Virus record (IMG/VR): IMGVR_UViG_3300021963_000133
Span: 1-62,404 of that record
Reading direction: 5' to 3' (one strand)
Length of the DNA stretch: 62,404 nt
Source: a virus
Taxonomy: Duplodnaviria > Caudoviricetes
The notes beneath the pieces were generated by a model. The model had not been told where the DNA came from. It saw only the letters and a program-made list of their open reading frames with translations, and ran no database searches. Position numbers and translations under genes: made by a program. This document shows, piece by piece, positions 34,064 to 42,174 of this stretch; the stretch's first letter is position 1, and every line of letters starts with the position of its first letter.

Positions 34064-35193
34064 TAATGAGAATCTCCAACGTTATGCTTCTCTCCATAGA
34101 TTAAGTAATCTGGATTGATGACTTTAGCTACTTTGTTTCTTTCACCAGTATGGTACTTAATTACAATTCCCTCTTCTGGTACTTTAGTTCCTGGAATAAA
34201 GTTGTTAAATACAAATTTGTCCTGTACTTCTTGAGACCAGTTTCCAAAATGTAAGATTTCAACATATTTCAATTCTAAAATATTTGCAATTAACAATTTA
34301 GCATTGATTGGACTTAAGTATTCTCCATTCTCTTTAACATCGAATCCTGCAAACTGAATATCTTTTAAACCATACTCATAATTCTTTTGAATTCCAGCTC
34401 CGTAGATTTCTCCATAGATTGTAATTCCATCTCCAATTTCTGGTTCCATTGAATTGCTCTTAACATATTCCCATAACCTCTTCTTGATTTCATATTTGTC
34501 TGCAATTTCATACCATACATTAGTATCATAGAAACCTTGAGAGTCTGAACCTTTCTCGACATTATGAGAACCAACTACGAATTCATAACCAATCCATTTG
34601 TCAGCCAAACCAACAAATTTCTTAACCTTGTCCCAAAATGTTAATTTAGTTTTCTTAACGATTCCATAACGTGCATTTGTACCGTGGATCTTACGAGTAA
34701 TTTCTACCGTATCCTCTTCAGTAAACATTCCAGCAACATTTTTCAAGTTTGGAAACTTGTAGTAAACATGGAAGTTTGGATTGTCTTGATAACGAATCTT
34801 TTTACCATTAGACAATTGAACTTGTTTAACTGGCGGTTCGTACTTAGTAATGTCCATTGCATTCATCATGTCCTTTCCATCGTAATAGTTTTCCATGAAT
34901 GGAATATGCTTTAATGGAATCAATAAACATTCAGAGTAAACTCCACGTAACTTTACAGTACGTACTCTTTGTCCTTTACGAAGATAACCAGTTACCTCCA
35001 TATCGTCTGATAATATTTGAGGAATCACAGCATCGGTAGTTGCAATAACGATTAAATCGCCTGCTTTATACTCTCCTTTTTTAGTGATTGCATTCCATCC
35101 TCCAACAATTGCCAATTCAATGTTGTCTGCACCTTCAATAGGTTTAATTTCGTTAATTGTTGCTACGTAGCAAACTGAATTTTGATTTTCCAT
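34063..35193 (-). CDS. RNA ligase (DRB0094-like family)
   Basis: N-terminal PIEGADNIE/KLRGVYS domain; KIHGTN, YGEIYG, FDV, EGIVIK, KVIN. Confidence 0.9.
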   Translation of the reverse strand: MENQNSVCYVATINEIKPIEGADNIELAIVGGWNAITKKGEYKAGDLIVIATTDAVIPQILSDDMEVTGYLRKGQRVRTVKLRGVYSECLLIPLKHIPFMENYYDGKDMMNAMDITKYEPPVKQVQLSNGKKIRYQDNPNFHVYYKFPNLKNVAGMFTEEDTVEITRKIHGTNARYGIVKKTKLTFWDKVKKFVGLADKWIGYEFVVGSHNVEKGSDSQGFYDTNVWYEIADKYEIKKRLWEYVKSNSMEPEIGDGITIYGEIYGAGIQKNYEYGLKDIQFAGFDVKENGEYLSPINAKLLIANILELKYVEILHFGNWSQEVQDKFVFNNFIPGTKVPEEGIVIKYHTGERNKVAKVINPDYLIYGEKHNVGDSH

Positions 35194-35209
35194 TTCTATT
35201 TCTTTAATG

Positions 35210-35226
35210 ATATGTAAATATAAACA
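35210..35226 (-). promoter_or_regulatory. Class-I promoter repeat
   Basis: atatgtaaatataaaca. Confidence 0.75.
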
Positions 35227-35276
35227 AAATAATCGACATAAAAAAATATTTGTTCAATTATTTTCAAATTATTTTA

Positions 35277-35394
35277 GTAGTCAGGGCCGGACTCGAACCG
35301 GATAAGCGACCTTACTTCTAATGGAATCCCCAAGTGTCGGGAACCATTAGCTCTGGGGGTTTGGGCACCATCCCGCATTACACCCACCTGACTA
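35277..35394 (-). ncRNA. Oversized tRNA-like RNA upstream of RNA ligase
   Basis: AGUCAGG/CCUGACU acceptor, CCGG-UUCGAGU-CCGG T arm, long CUAAUGG..CCAUUAG hairpin in anticodon position. Confidence 0.62.
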
Positions 35395-35399
35395 TAAAT

Positions 35400-35490
35400 A
35401 AAATTAACTTTCTGGAGCTTCACCAGCCTTCTAGTATACATGTACCTCTCAGTTAAGAGTCAGTACGAGCTTTTTACTTTAGTTAATTTT
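35400..35490 (-). ncRNA. Putative structured RNA
   Basis: Terminal AAAAUUAACU/AGUUAAUUUU stem with inner hairpins. Confidence 0.4.
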
Positions 35491-35497
35491 ACAGTCT

Positions 35498-36079
35498 TTA
35501 TATGATTATGTCTTCATATTGTTTCTTAAATTCTAACCAAGGTTGTTCTGTGACCTTTAAGAGATTTAGATATTTCCAATGCATAAACAATTTACGCTCA
35601 TTCCAATCTTTGTAATTCTCAATCAGAGTGTCTTGTTTATCCATTTCAGCCTTGTATTGATCTGCTTTTTCTGAAAGTTTAGTAAAACTATCATCAAGTT
35701 TAGCAAGTCTTTTTACTGCTTTTTCAGTTGGTAAACTTTGAACTGACAATGAAACAATAAGTTCTTTTAGATTAACTATTTTGTTAATCATTGAATTTAA
35801 GGTTGGAACGCATGTGTTATAAGATGTCTTTGCAGATTCTCTACTTCTTTTAAAACGATCATAATTTTCTTGCAATTCTTTGTCTTCTAAATCTTCTTTT
35901 AATAAAGATTCAGCATCAATACCATAATACTTATCAAAATCATCTCCTCCAGGAAGTGGAGCTTGAGATGCAATTGATGCAATTTCTTTGTCCTTTGTTG
36001 CTGAAAGAACTGCAACATAACAATTACCTCTTTGAACTTGTAATAGTTCTTTAACTTGGTCTGACGTATATAGTTTCAT
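35498..36079 (-). CDS. Hypothetical coiled-coil protein
   Basis: ORF track. Confidence 0.7.
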   Translation of the reverse strand: MKLYTSDQVKELLQVQRGNCYVAVLSATKDKEIASIASQAPLPGGDDFDKYYGIDAESLLKEDLEDKELQENYDRFKRSRESAKTSYNTCVPTLNSMINKIVNLKELIVSLSVQSLPTEKAVKRLAKLDDSFTKLSEKADQYKAEMDKQDTLIENYKDWNERKLFMHWKYLNLLKVTEQPWLEFKKQYEDIII

Positions 36080-36492
36080 TATAATTTGATTTCAAAACGA
36101 TCTCTCATTTTAGTTAATACTTCATCTGGTACTCCATGTTGGTTAACTCCGCCATGTCTGTTTTCTACAATTACTGTAAAGACCATATAACCATATTGTT
36201 TGGCTAAGTCTAAGTATGCTTGCATTTCCCATTCTTGTGTGAATGTATTTGAAACTGCAATTTCACGGTAGAATTGGTCATTAACAAGAGAATCTTTCAT
36301 ATAAGTTTCGACCAAGTTTCGGCAATACTCATGTGCTTGTTTCAATTTAGTTGCATCGAATTTGTATTCTCCATCAACCATGAAATACTTATCAGCTTCA
36401 CAAACTAGGAAGTCTGATCCAACTAAGGCTTCGGCAAATGTAGATTTTCCAGATCCTGGAAGTCCACGTACTATGTATAATTTTTTAGTCAT
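36079..36492 (-). CDS. P-loop kinase (polynucleotide-kinase-like)
   Basis: RGLPGSGKST, EADKYF, VSNTF, HGVP; start MTKK. Confidence 0.82.
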   Translation of the reverse strand: MTKKLYIVRGLPGSGKSTFAEALVGSDFLVCEADKYFMVDGEYKFDATKLKQAHEYCRNLVETYMKDSLVNDQFYREIAVSNTFTQEWEMQAYLDLAKQYGYMVFTVIVENRHGGVNQHGVPDEVLTKMRDRFEIKL

Positions 36493-36865
36493 TTTTAAAA
36501 TGTTTTTTATAAATCTTTGGGTTTGCAATTGTGTAAACTAGGAACAAATCATCTCGATCTTTTTTATTTAAATCTAATAGTCGAGAGCCAACACTCTTTA
36601 AATTAATATCTGGCTCCCGTCTATTTAGATGTAATGTTGCAACAGTGTAACATGTTTCTGGACTTTGAAAGAATGTCTTTTGAATTGAATGTCCTTCTTT
36701 TTGTAAAAAGTCTCCACCAAAACTATCAACATATCCATTATCTCTGTATTCTTGTTCCTTACTGAAGTATGGATTTTCCGACCATTTGATAATTTCATAA
36801 AATACCTCATCAACTTTAGTTGCTGTGTATTTTCTACATTCAATATTATTAATTCTGATCTTCAT
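36485..36865 (-). CDS. Hypothetical protein
   Basis: ORF track. Confidence 0.7.
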   Translation of the reverse strand: MKIRINNIECRKYTATKVDEVFYEIIKWSENPYFSKEQEYRDNGYVDSFGGDFLQKEGHSIQKTFFQSPETCYTVATLHLNRREPDINLKSVGSRLLDLNKKDRDDLFLVYTIANPKIYKKHFKND

Positions 36866-37502
36866 GATGGTCTTTGAAATTAAACATTGATTTGATTGGT
36901 TGTTTTTTCATGATTGAAAGTACTTCGCTTAATGCGATTGGCTCTAAACCGTTTCCATCAACTCCAACATCTATCATTTTACCAGGTCCAACTCTTTTAC
37001 CTTTTGGCAAATGGACGTGACCATGCAAGTGCATTACTCCTTGGCCCATATCTTGCCAACTTGCAATTGGAAAGTGACTTAAAATAAATCTGTGTTTTTG
37101 GGCTGGAAGACCTTTAGAAATTGCTTGCTCAACAATTGTTAGATAACAATATTGATGAACACTTGAGAAAAGATCCTGAACATCATCTTTGTTATTAGCA
37201 ATATGATGGTCATGGTTTCCTAAAACCAAGTGAACATTTTTACAAACGATTTGGTTTCTAAATTCTGCAATAGATTCAATACCACCAAAACTCCAATCAC
37301 CCAAGTGAATCAGAATGTCATTCTCTCCGACAATACTGTTAATACCATTAACCAAATCAGCATTCATCTGGTATAAGGTATCAAAGTCCCTTGTACCTCG
37401 ATTACCATCCCATTCAGAAACTCCACGACAAATATTCTTATGGTTGTAATGGGTATCACTAGTGAAGTAAACTCTTTGTCCTTTTTCTACTACTATTTTC
37501 AT
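36849..37502 (-). CDS. Calcineurin-like metallophosphoesterase
   Basis: SDTH, LGD, GNHD, HGHVH. Confidence 0.9.
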   Translation of the reverse strand: MKIVVEKGQRVYFTSDTHYNHKNICRGVSEWDGNRGTRDFDTLYQMNADLVNGINSIVGENDILIHLGDWSFGGIESIAEFRNQIVCKNVHLVLGNHDHHIANNKDDVQDLFSSVHQYCYLTIVEQAISKGLPAQKHRFILSHFPIASWQDMGQGVMHLHGHVHLPKGKRVGPGKMIDVGVDGNGLEPIALSEVLSIMKKQPIKSMFNFKDHHEDQN

Positions 37503-37515
37503 TTGTTTTAATTTG

Positions 37516-37532
37516 ATATGTAAATATAAACA
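37516..37532 (-). promoter_or_regulatory. Class-I promoter repeat
   Basis: atatgtaaatataaaca. Confidence 0.75.
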
Positions 37533-37580
37533 TAATTTTTCAAACCGGAAACGATTTTGTAAAATATTTTCAAAAAGTTA

Positions 37581-38234
37581 TTAACAATTTTCTAAACTAT
37601 CCGGATAGTATAAGAGAGTTGGATTCTTCTTTTGAATATCTAATTCTGGGTACCGTTCTTTGAACTTCATTACGTCGAATTTCTTAGTGATTAAATGATG
37701 TCCATTCCTAGTTGGGATAATTGCCTCAATTTTTGGTCCAACTTCATATCCATTTGGTACTCCAGCCTTGTCAAATTTAACTTTGGTAATTGGTGCACAT
37801 TCATATTCAATATAAGCCATCATTGTTGGACTTGCTTCTAACATATCATCAACATCGATAATCCATCTCTTCTCTTGAGTTTTGATTTGACCAACTACTG
37901 AATCGAATAGACCTTTTTGGTTAGTATTACCATCTTGAATTCTCTGAGCCAAGGCAACCATCATATTCAATGAAACATCAAAATGATTCTGCTTCTGTAC
38001 ATGAATATAAGCTCTGGCTTTAAACATTTCACAAAGCTGGATAATCTCGTCCCAACGACGTTCTAAATGGTCGATACTCTCAATACAATAAGTCTTAATA
38101 GTCCTTACTGATTGGTGATTATCTCGTTCTCCTTCTGGTTGGTCTTTTTTACGTTTAAAAACATACAACATATAAAAGTCACCCTTCTTCTCGAAGTTTA
38201 GGAGTGGTCTGATTATTTCTAAATTGTTTATCAT
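37581..38234 (-). CDS. Hypothetical protein (WIIDVD..PTRNGHH; possible primase-like motifs)
   Basis: DxD and TxxGxH motifs. Confidence 0.6.
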   Translation of the reverse strand: MINNLEIIRPLLNFEKKGDFYMLYVFKRKKDQPEGERDNHQSVRTIKTYCIESIDHLERRWDEIIQLCEMFKARAYIHVQKQNHFDVSLNMMVALAQRIQDGNTNQKGLFDSVVGQIKTQEKRWIIDVDDMLEASPTMMAYIEYECAPITKVKFDKAGVPNGYEVGPKIEAIIPTRNGHHLITKKFDVMKFKERYPELDIQKKNPTLLYYPDSLENC

Positions 38235-39145
38235 TATGCTAATTGTTTATAAGTTTCGATTAATTCGCTAATTTTAACATTAAGTGAACGTTGAGAACTG
38301 TAGTCTTTTTGTTTAACATCAAGGCCAGAAACTCGACCTTTAAGAACTAACAATTCTTTTAACAATTCTCCAACTGTACCTTTGTCTAATACCTTTTGAG
38401 ATCGTTTAGCCAAATGCATACTAACCATATCTTCTAATTTTTGACGGTTAGAATTCATTCTTGCTAAACATTCATCATAAGTACCGATTGTAGTTGCACC
38501 TGAAGATTTTTCAGCTTCTTCAGCTCCAGTTAAATAAGTATCATCAATTTTAGCATATCTTAAACCTGAATGTGTAGGTATATCAATTCGACTTTTGTCA
38601 ATACCAAAAGATGTACAAACTTCAAAAAACATTTCAATATTATTAGGTACAAACTTACATTTTGTTTCAAAAACATTAGCAGCGTCTAAAGAATAAAGTG
38701 GAATAATATTTTTGTAAGCACTTACAGGATATTCAATAAACTCGATTTCTAAGTTATGAACTTCATCAACACTTTCGTAAATAGGTTTGTAAGTTCTAGC
38801 AAATCTTAAAGCAAAAACCTCATCTTCTAAATTAGAGTATGTAAATTCTTCAGAATCTTCATCCCATTCTCTAGTTAAATTAATTTTAGCTTCAACCTCT
38901 TTATATTTCTCTATGGAAATAGTAGTTAAATCTTCAATATTGTCATAACCAATTAATTTACGACCTGAAGTTTTATATGTGATTGACTCTGGCTTTTCAG
39001 CTATAACAATAAGTTCGCCACTTCTAAAACCACGTAAAGGATCGGCAATAGATTTACCATTTACTTCCATTGAAGCGTTAAATCCAGTTTTAAATGTGTA
39101 AAAACCTGTTTGAGAATCGTGACCTACTTTAATTGACTTTTCCAT
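38234..39145 (-). CDS. Hypothetical protein
   Basis: ORF track. Confidence 0.75.
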   Translation of the reverse strand: MEKSIKVGHDSQTGFYTFKTGFNASMEVNGKSIADPLRGFRSGELIVIAEKPESITYKTSGRKLIGYDNIEDLTTISIEKYKEVEAKINLTREWDEDSEEFTYSNLEDEVFALRFARTYKPIYESVDEVHNLEIEFIEYPVSAYKNIIPLYSLDAANVFETKCKFVPNNIEMFFEVCTSFGIDKSRIDIPTHSGLRYAKIDDTYLTGAEEAEKSSGATTIGTYDECLARMNSNRQKLEDMVSMHLAKRSQKVLDKGTVGELLKELLVLKGRVSGLDVKQKDYSSQRSLNVKISELIETYKQLA

Positions 39146-39167
39146 AATGTTCTATTTCTAATTTGTT

Positions 39168-39184
39168 ATATGTAAATATAAACA
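39168..39184 (-). promoter_or_regulatory. Class-I promoter repeat
   Basis: atatgtaaatataaaca. Confidence 0.75.
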
Positions 39185-39197
39185 TAATTTTTGACAT

Positions 39198-39232
39198 AAA
39201 AAAATCCGAGTGAAAGTTTTTTCACTCGGATT
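39198..39232 (-). terminator. Intrinsic terminator (near-copy of 9332-9367)
   Basis: AATCCGAGTGAAA inverted repeat. Confidence 0.65.
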
Positions 39233-39260
39233 CAAAATATTTTAAAAAAGTTATTAACAA

Positions 39261-39914
39261 TTAGTTATAAGACCCTAAACAATCTTCTGCCAATTCTAAA
39301 ATTTGATCGAAATCTTCATCTCCAGAGTAATCTTCCTCTTCAACTTCACCTTTTACTTTTAATTCATAGCACCATCCTTCGCCTTCATTATAAACATAAA
39401 GTTCTGATTTTTTCTTAGAAATAAAATTTACACCAAAATCATTAGTATAATTTATCTTCCATGCCTTATAGTCTCCAACTAAAGCTTCTACTTGTTTAAG
39501 TTCTTCTGGTGTTGCAGATTTTCCTTCATTAACGAAGCTTTCGAATAATTTTACATGTTTCATTTTTGGTTTACTTGTTTTTGATTCTTTAATATCTTTC
39601 ATTTTGTCTATAGCCCAATCGACTCCTTCGTCTCCTCCCCAAATTAACCAAGCAACATAACCATTGTCTTTCCATGGTTCAGCTTTGTGTTCTGGAGATA
39701 TTTTAGAATTTTTACGATGTCTATTAAATGCCGACATTCGAGCAACTGTATCAGCTGATAAATTTTCTTTGTTTGCCAATTGATGTGCTCTAGCCCAACC
39801 AACTGCAGTTCCAGCAGTTACCTCGTCTCTACCGTACTTTTCTTTCCAGTCTATTGCCTTCTTTGCATTTGCTGAAGCGGCTGCTGGGTAATCGTTATAA
39901 GTTTCTTCTGCCAT
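39261..39914 (-). CDS. Hypothetical phage protein with internal MKHVKLFESF motif
   Basis: GTAVGWARAHQL..., YVAWLIWGGD domain. Confidence 0.7.
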   Translation of the reverse strand: MAEETYNDYPAAASANAKKAIDWKEKYGRDEVTAGTAVGWARAHQLANKENLSADTVARMSAFNRHRKNSKISPEHKAEPWKDNGYVAWLIWGGDEGVDWAIDKMKDIKESKTSKPKMKHVKLFESFVNEGKSATPEELKQVEALVGDYKAWKINYTNDFGVNFISKKKSELYVYNEGEGWCYELKVKGEVEEEDYSGDEDFDQILELAEDCLGSYN

Positions 39915-39932
39915 AATAAAGTATATATTTAC

Positions 39933-39958
39933 AAAAAAAGCTGTCCGAAGACAGCTTT
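39933..39958 (-). terminator. Intrinsic terminator closing the TROVE/Y-like RNA unit
   Basis: AAAGCTGTC-TTCG-GACAGCTTT plus U-tract. Confidence 0.75.
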
Positions 39959-39970
39959 CTTAAAACTAAT

Positions 39971-40214
39971 ACGGGATCGTTATTCGTGATTTTCTTCCCG
40001 GCGGAATAACCCTGTTATCGTCTTCGGCTTTGACTTTCGCGAGCGTCTACTAATCTTCGACCCATCCTACTTATCACCTATTGGGGTGGTTATGACGTTT
40101 GTCCATTTTTTATCCTGGTTAGACTTCCATTTGCTCTTCGATTGTACTTTGATATAATCTCTGTTGAATCTAAGCGATCATAGTTGTATGTGTACTTTTT
40201 GCTGTACCGATCCA
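39971..40214 (-). ncRNA. Y-RNA-like family copy 5 (long, ~245 nt)
   Basis: UGGAUCG-GUACAGCAAA...CGAUCCC-GU. Confidence 0.68.
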
Positions 40215-40215
40215 C

Positions 40216-40277
40216 CTGGTTCCTTGTCTTCCGTTGTTATCTAAATTGAGGGGTATATGTGTTGCTGTAAGGAACCC
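40216..40277 (-). ncRNA. Y-RNA-like family copy 6
   Basis: GGGUUCC-UUACAGCAAC...AAGGAACCA-GG; about 15 nt downstream of TROVE-like stop. Confidence 0.7.
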
Positions 40278-40292
40278 AATTTCTTTATATAT

Positions 40293-41732
40293 CTAAACAA
40301 CTGGAGCGTATCTTTCACTCAAAATTGTTTTGTCCATGATTTGTTGTGGAGACTGAATATCTCCTCCAAGTAAACTTGTCATAATTGCTGGAGAGAATCC
40401 AGAAACTAAAGCAGTTCCTTGAGTATCAAATGCAACTGGTACTCCACCATTTCTGGATTGGATATTCCAATATACAATTTGAGGCATTTTGTAACCTGCA
40501 TCTGCATACATTTTCTCAATCATTTGCTGAGCAGTTGGATTCCATTCGGTTTTTTCTTCTCGACTGTACCAACCTCCTCGTGAATTAGTTGCCGCATTAA
40601 ATTCCATATCCGATAGGATTAAGATTTTATTTGGCATCTCATCTTGAGATAATTTATGTTTAGTGGCCTGATCTAAGATCAGTTTAAAAGTCGCCTCGAG
40701 ATTCGTTGACATACCCCAATCAGCATGTGCCATCTGTGCGTAGCGATCTTTTAATGAACCACTTAATACTTGTAATTGTGGGTTACTTGAGAATGTGATG
40801 AATGCATCTTTGAAAGGACCTTCATTTCTTTCAGAAATATAAAGACCTAATGAGATTGCAACATCCATACAAGTTACGTTTTTGCTACCTCCGGCTGGAG
40901 TTGACATAGAACCTGAAACGTCCACAACTGGTAAAATCATATCGTTTGCGCCTTCCATGTAATTTGGAAGAGCTTTCCATTGTTCGTTTGCAACAGTTGA
41001 GTTACCATGGTTCAATGACTTAGTCACATCGTATGGGTACACTGCACCTGCATTAATTTTAGCTTCTCCTTTCACTAATGATTGGATATAAGCTGAATAA
41101 CTTTCGTATGCATTTTTACCAAAGGCTTTTTGGTATCTTGCTGAAGCTACTGATGGTAATTTACCGAATTCAATTGAATCCCATTCTTTAGCACACATTT
41201 TAGTTTCAACAACATTAGTTAAACCTACAAGAGATTTACGGTATTGTTTTGGCGACATACCTGTAAATTTACGTAACTTCTCAGCTACTGCACCTTTACG
41301 TGGCATCCATTTTGCACATAAACCATTTTCTGCGATGATTGCATCTGAGATTAAAGTAAATGCTTCTTTCTCTAAAAGAGTTCCAGTAAGAACTAATAAG
41401 TCATCCCAACGACCATATTCTGGAATTAAGTGTAGATTTGGTTTTAGAGCCAAATCGTGGTTTTCGGCCAAGTAAGCGATAATGTCTTTAAAAACTTGTC
41501 TCTCTCCAGCTCCACCTCGAACGTCTCTAGCCCAAAACAAAAGTTTCATAGCACGTTTTGGATCTTCATTAAATGCTAAAGAAAAGGTACGAAGCAAACG
41601 TTCTTTGTCTTGTCCTCTCATTGCACCAATGTTAAAGAATAAATCAACACATGCATTCAACGAAGTTGAATTGGTTGCCATTCCATTTTCTGTTAAAATG
41701 TCTTCTTGTCTTAAAGCGTCTACAAATTTCAT
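40293..41732 (-). CDS. TROVE/Ro60-like protein with vWA domain (DUF2828-like)
   Basis: LTENG, RDVRGGAGER, YGRWDDL, AKWMPR; MIDAS DVSGSM, ILSDMEF, VSGFSP. Confidence 0.85.
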   Translation of the reverse strand: MKFVDALRQEDILTENGMATNSTSLNACVDLFFNIGAMRGQDKERLLRTFSLAFNEDPKRAMKLLFWARDVRGGAGERQVFKDIIAYLAENHDLALKPNLHLIPEYGRWDDLLVLTGTLLEKEAFTLISDAIIAENGLCAKWMPRKGAVAEKLRKFTGMSPKQYRKSLVGLTNVVETKMCAKEWDSIEFGKLPSVASARYQKAFGKNAYESYSAYIQSLVKGEAKINAGAVYPYDVTKSLNHGNSTVANEQWKALPNYMEGANDMILPVVDVSGSMSTPAGGSKNVTCMDVAISLGLYISERNEGPFKDAFITFSSNPQLQVLSGSLKDRYAQMAHADWGMSTNLEATFKLILDQATKHKLSQDEMPNKILILSDMEFNAATNSRGGWYSREEKTEWNPTAQQMIEKMYADAGYKMPQIVYWNIQSRNGGVPVAFDTQGTALVSGFSPAIMTSLLGGDIQSPQQIMDKTILSERYAPVV

Positions 41733-41756
41733 AATTACTTTTGTTAAATTATACTT

Positions 41757-41785
41757 ATTATACTGTAGTGTTTAAAAAAGTTTCA
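41757..41785 (-). promoter_or_regulatory. Class-II promoter upstream of TROVE-like gene
   Basis: TGAAAC-N17-TATAAT. Confidence 0.6.
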
Positions 41786-41803
41786 AACTTTTTTAAAAAA
41801 GTT

Positions 41804-42160
41804 TTATGATGTAGGATTTAGATTAGTCCAATCCGGACCCGCAAGTATTGTTAAAATTTCTGAGTGATTATATGGTCCCTCTTTTGTTGTAAGAGCCTTA
41901 ACACTTTCAGGAATATAAATCTCTATGTTTGCTTCAGGTGCCGTAGATTCTAATTCTGATATTTGTCCATTTTCATCTAATGCCGGTCGAAATAATGATG
42001 AATCACTAGAATCTGAAATCATCCTACCATCCCATTTCACAAATGACTTAGTATTATCATTAGATTTTCTAAGTGTTTCAGCTGAAGTTTGTAGTACTTC
42101 ATTAAAATCAATTAAGTCAACTTCACTAAGGCTAAAAATCATGTATTGTCTATTTTCCAT
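41804..42160 (-). CDS. Hypothetical protein (tail-associated type)
   Basis: IDFNEVLQTSAETLRKS..FVKW; follows LamG gene. Confidence 0.65.
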   Translation of the reverse strand: MENRQYMIFSLSEVDLIDFNEVLQTSAETLRKSNDNTKSFVKWDGRMISDSSDSSLFRPALDENGQISELESTAPEANIEIYIPESVKALTTKEGPYNHSEILTILAGPDWTNLNPTS

Positions 42161-42174
42161 ATTGTACTATATTT

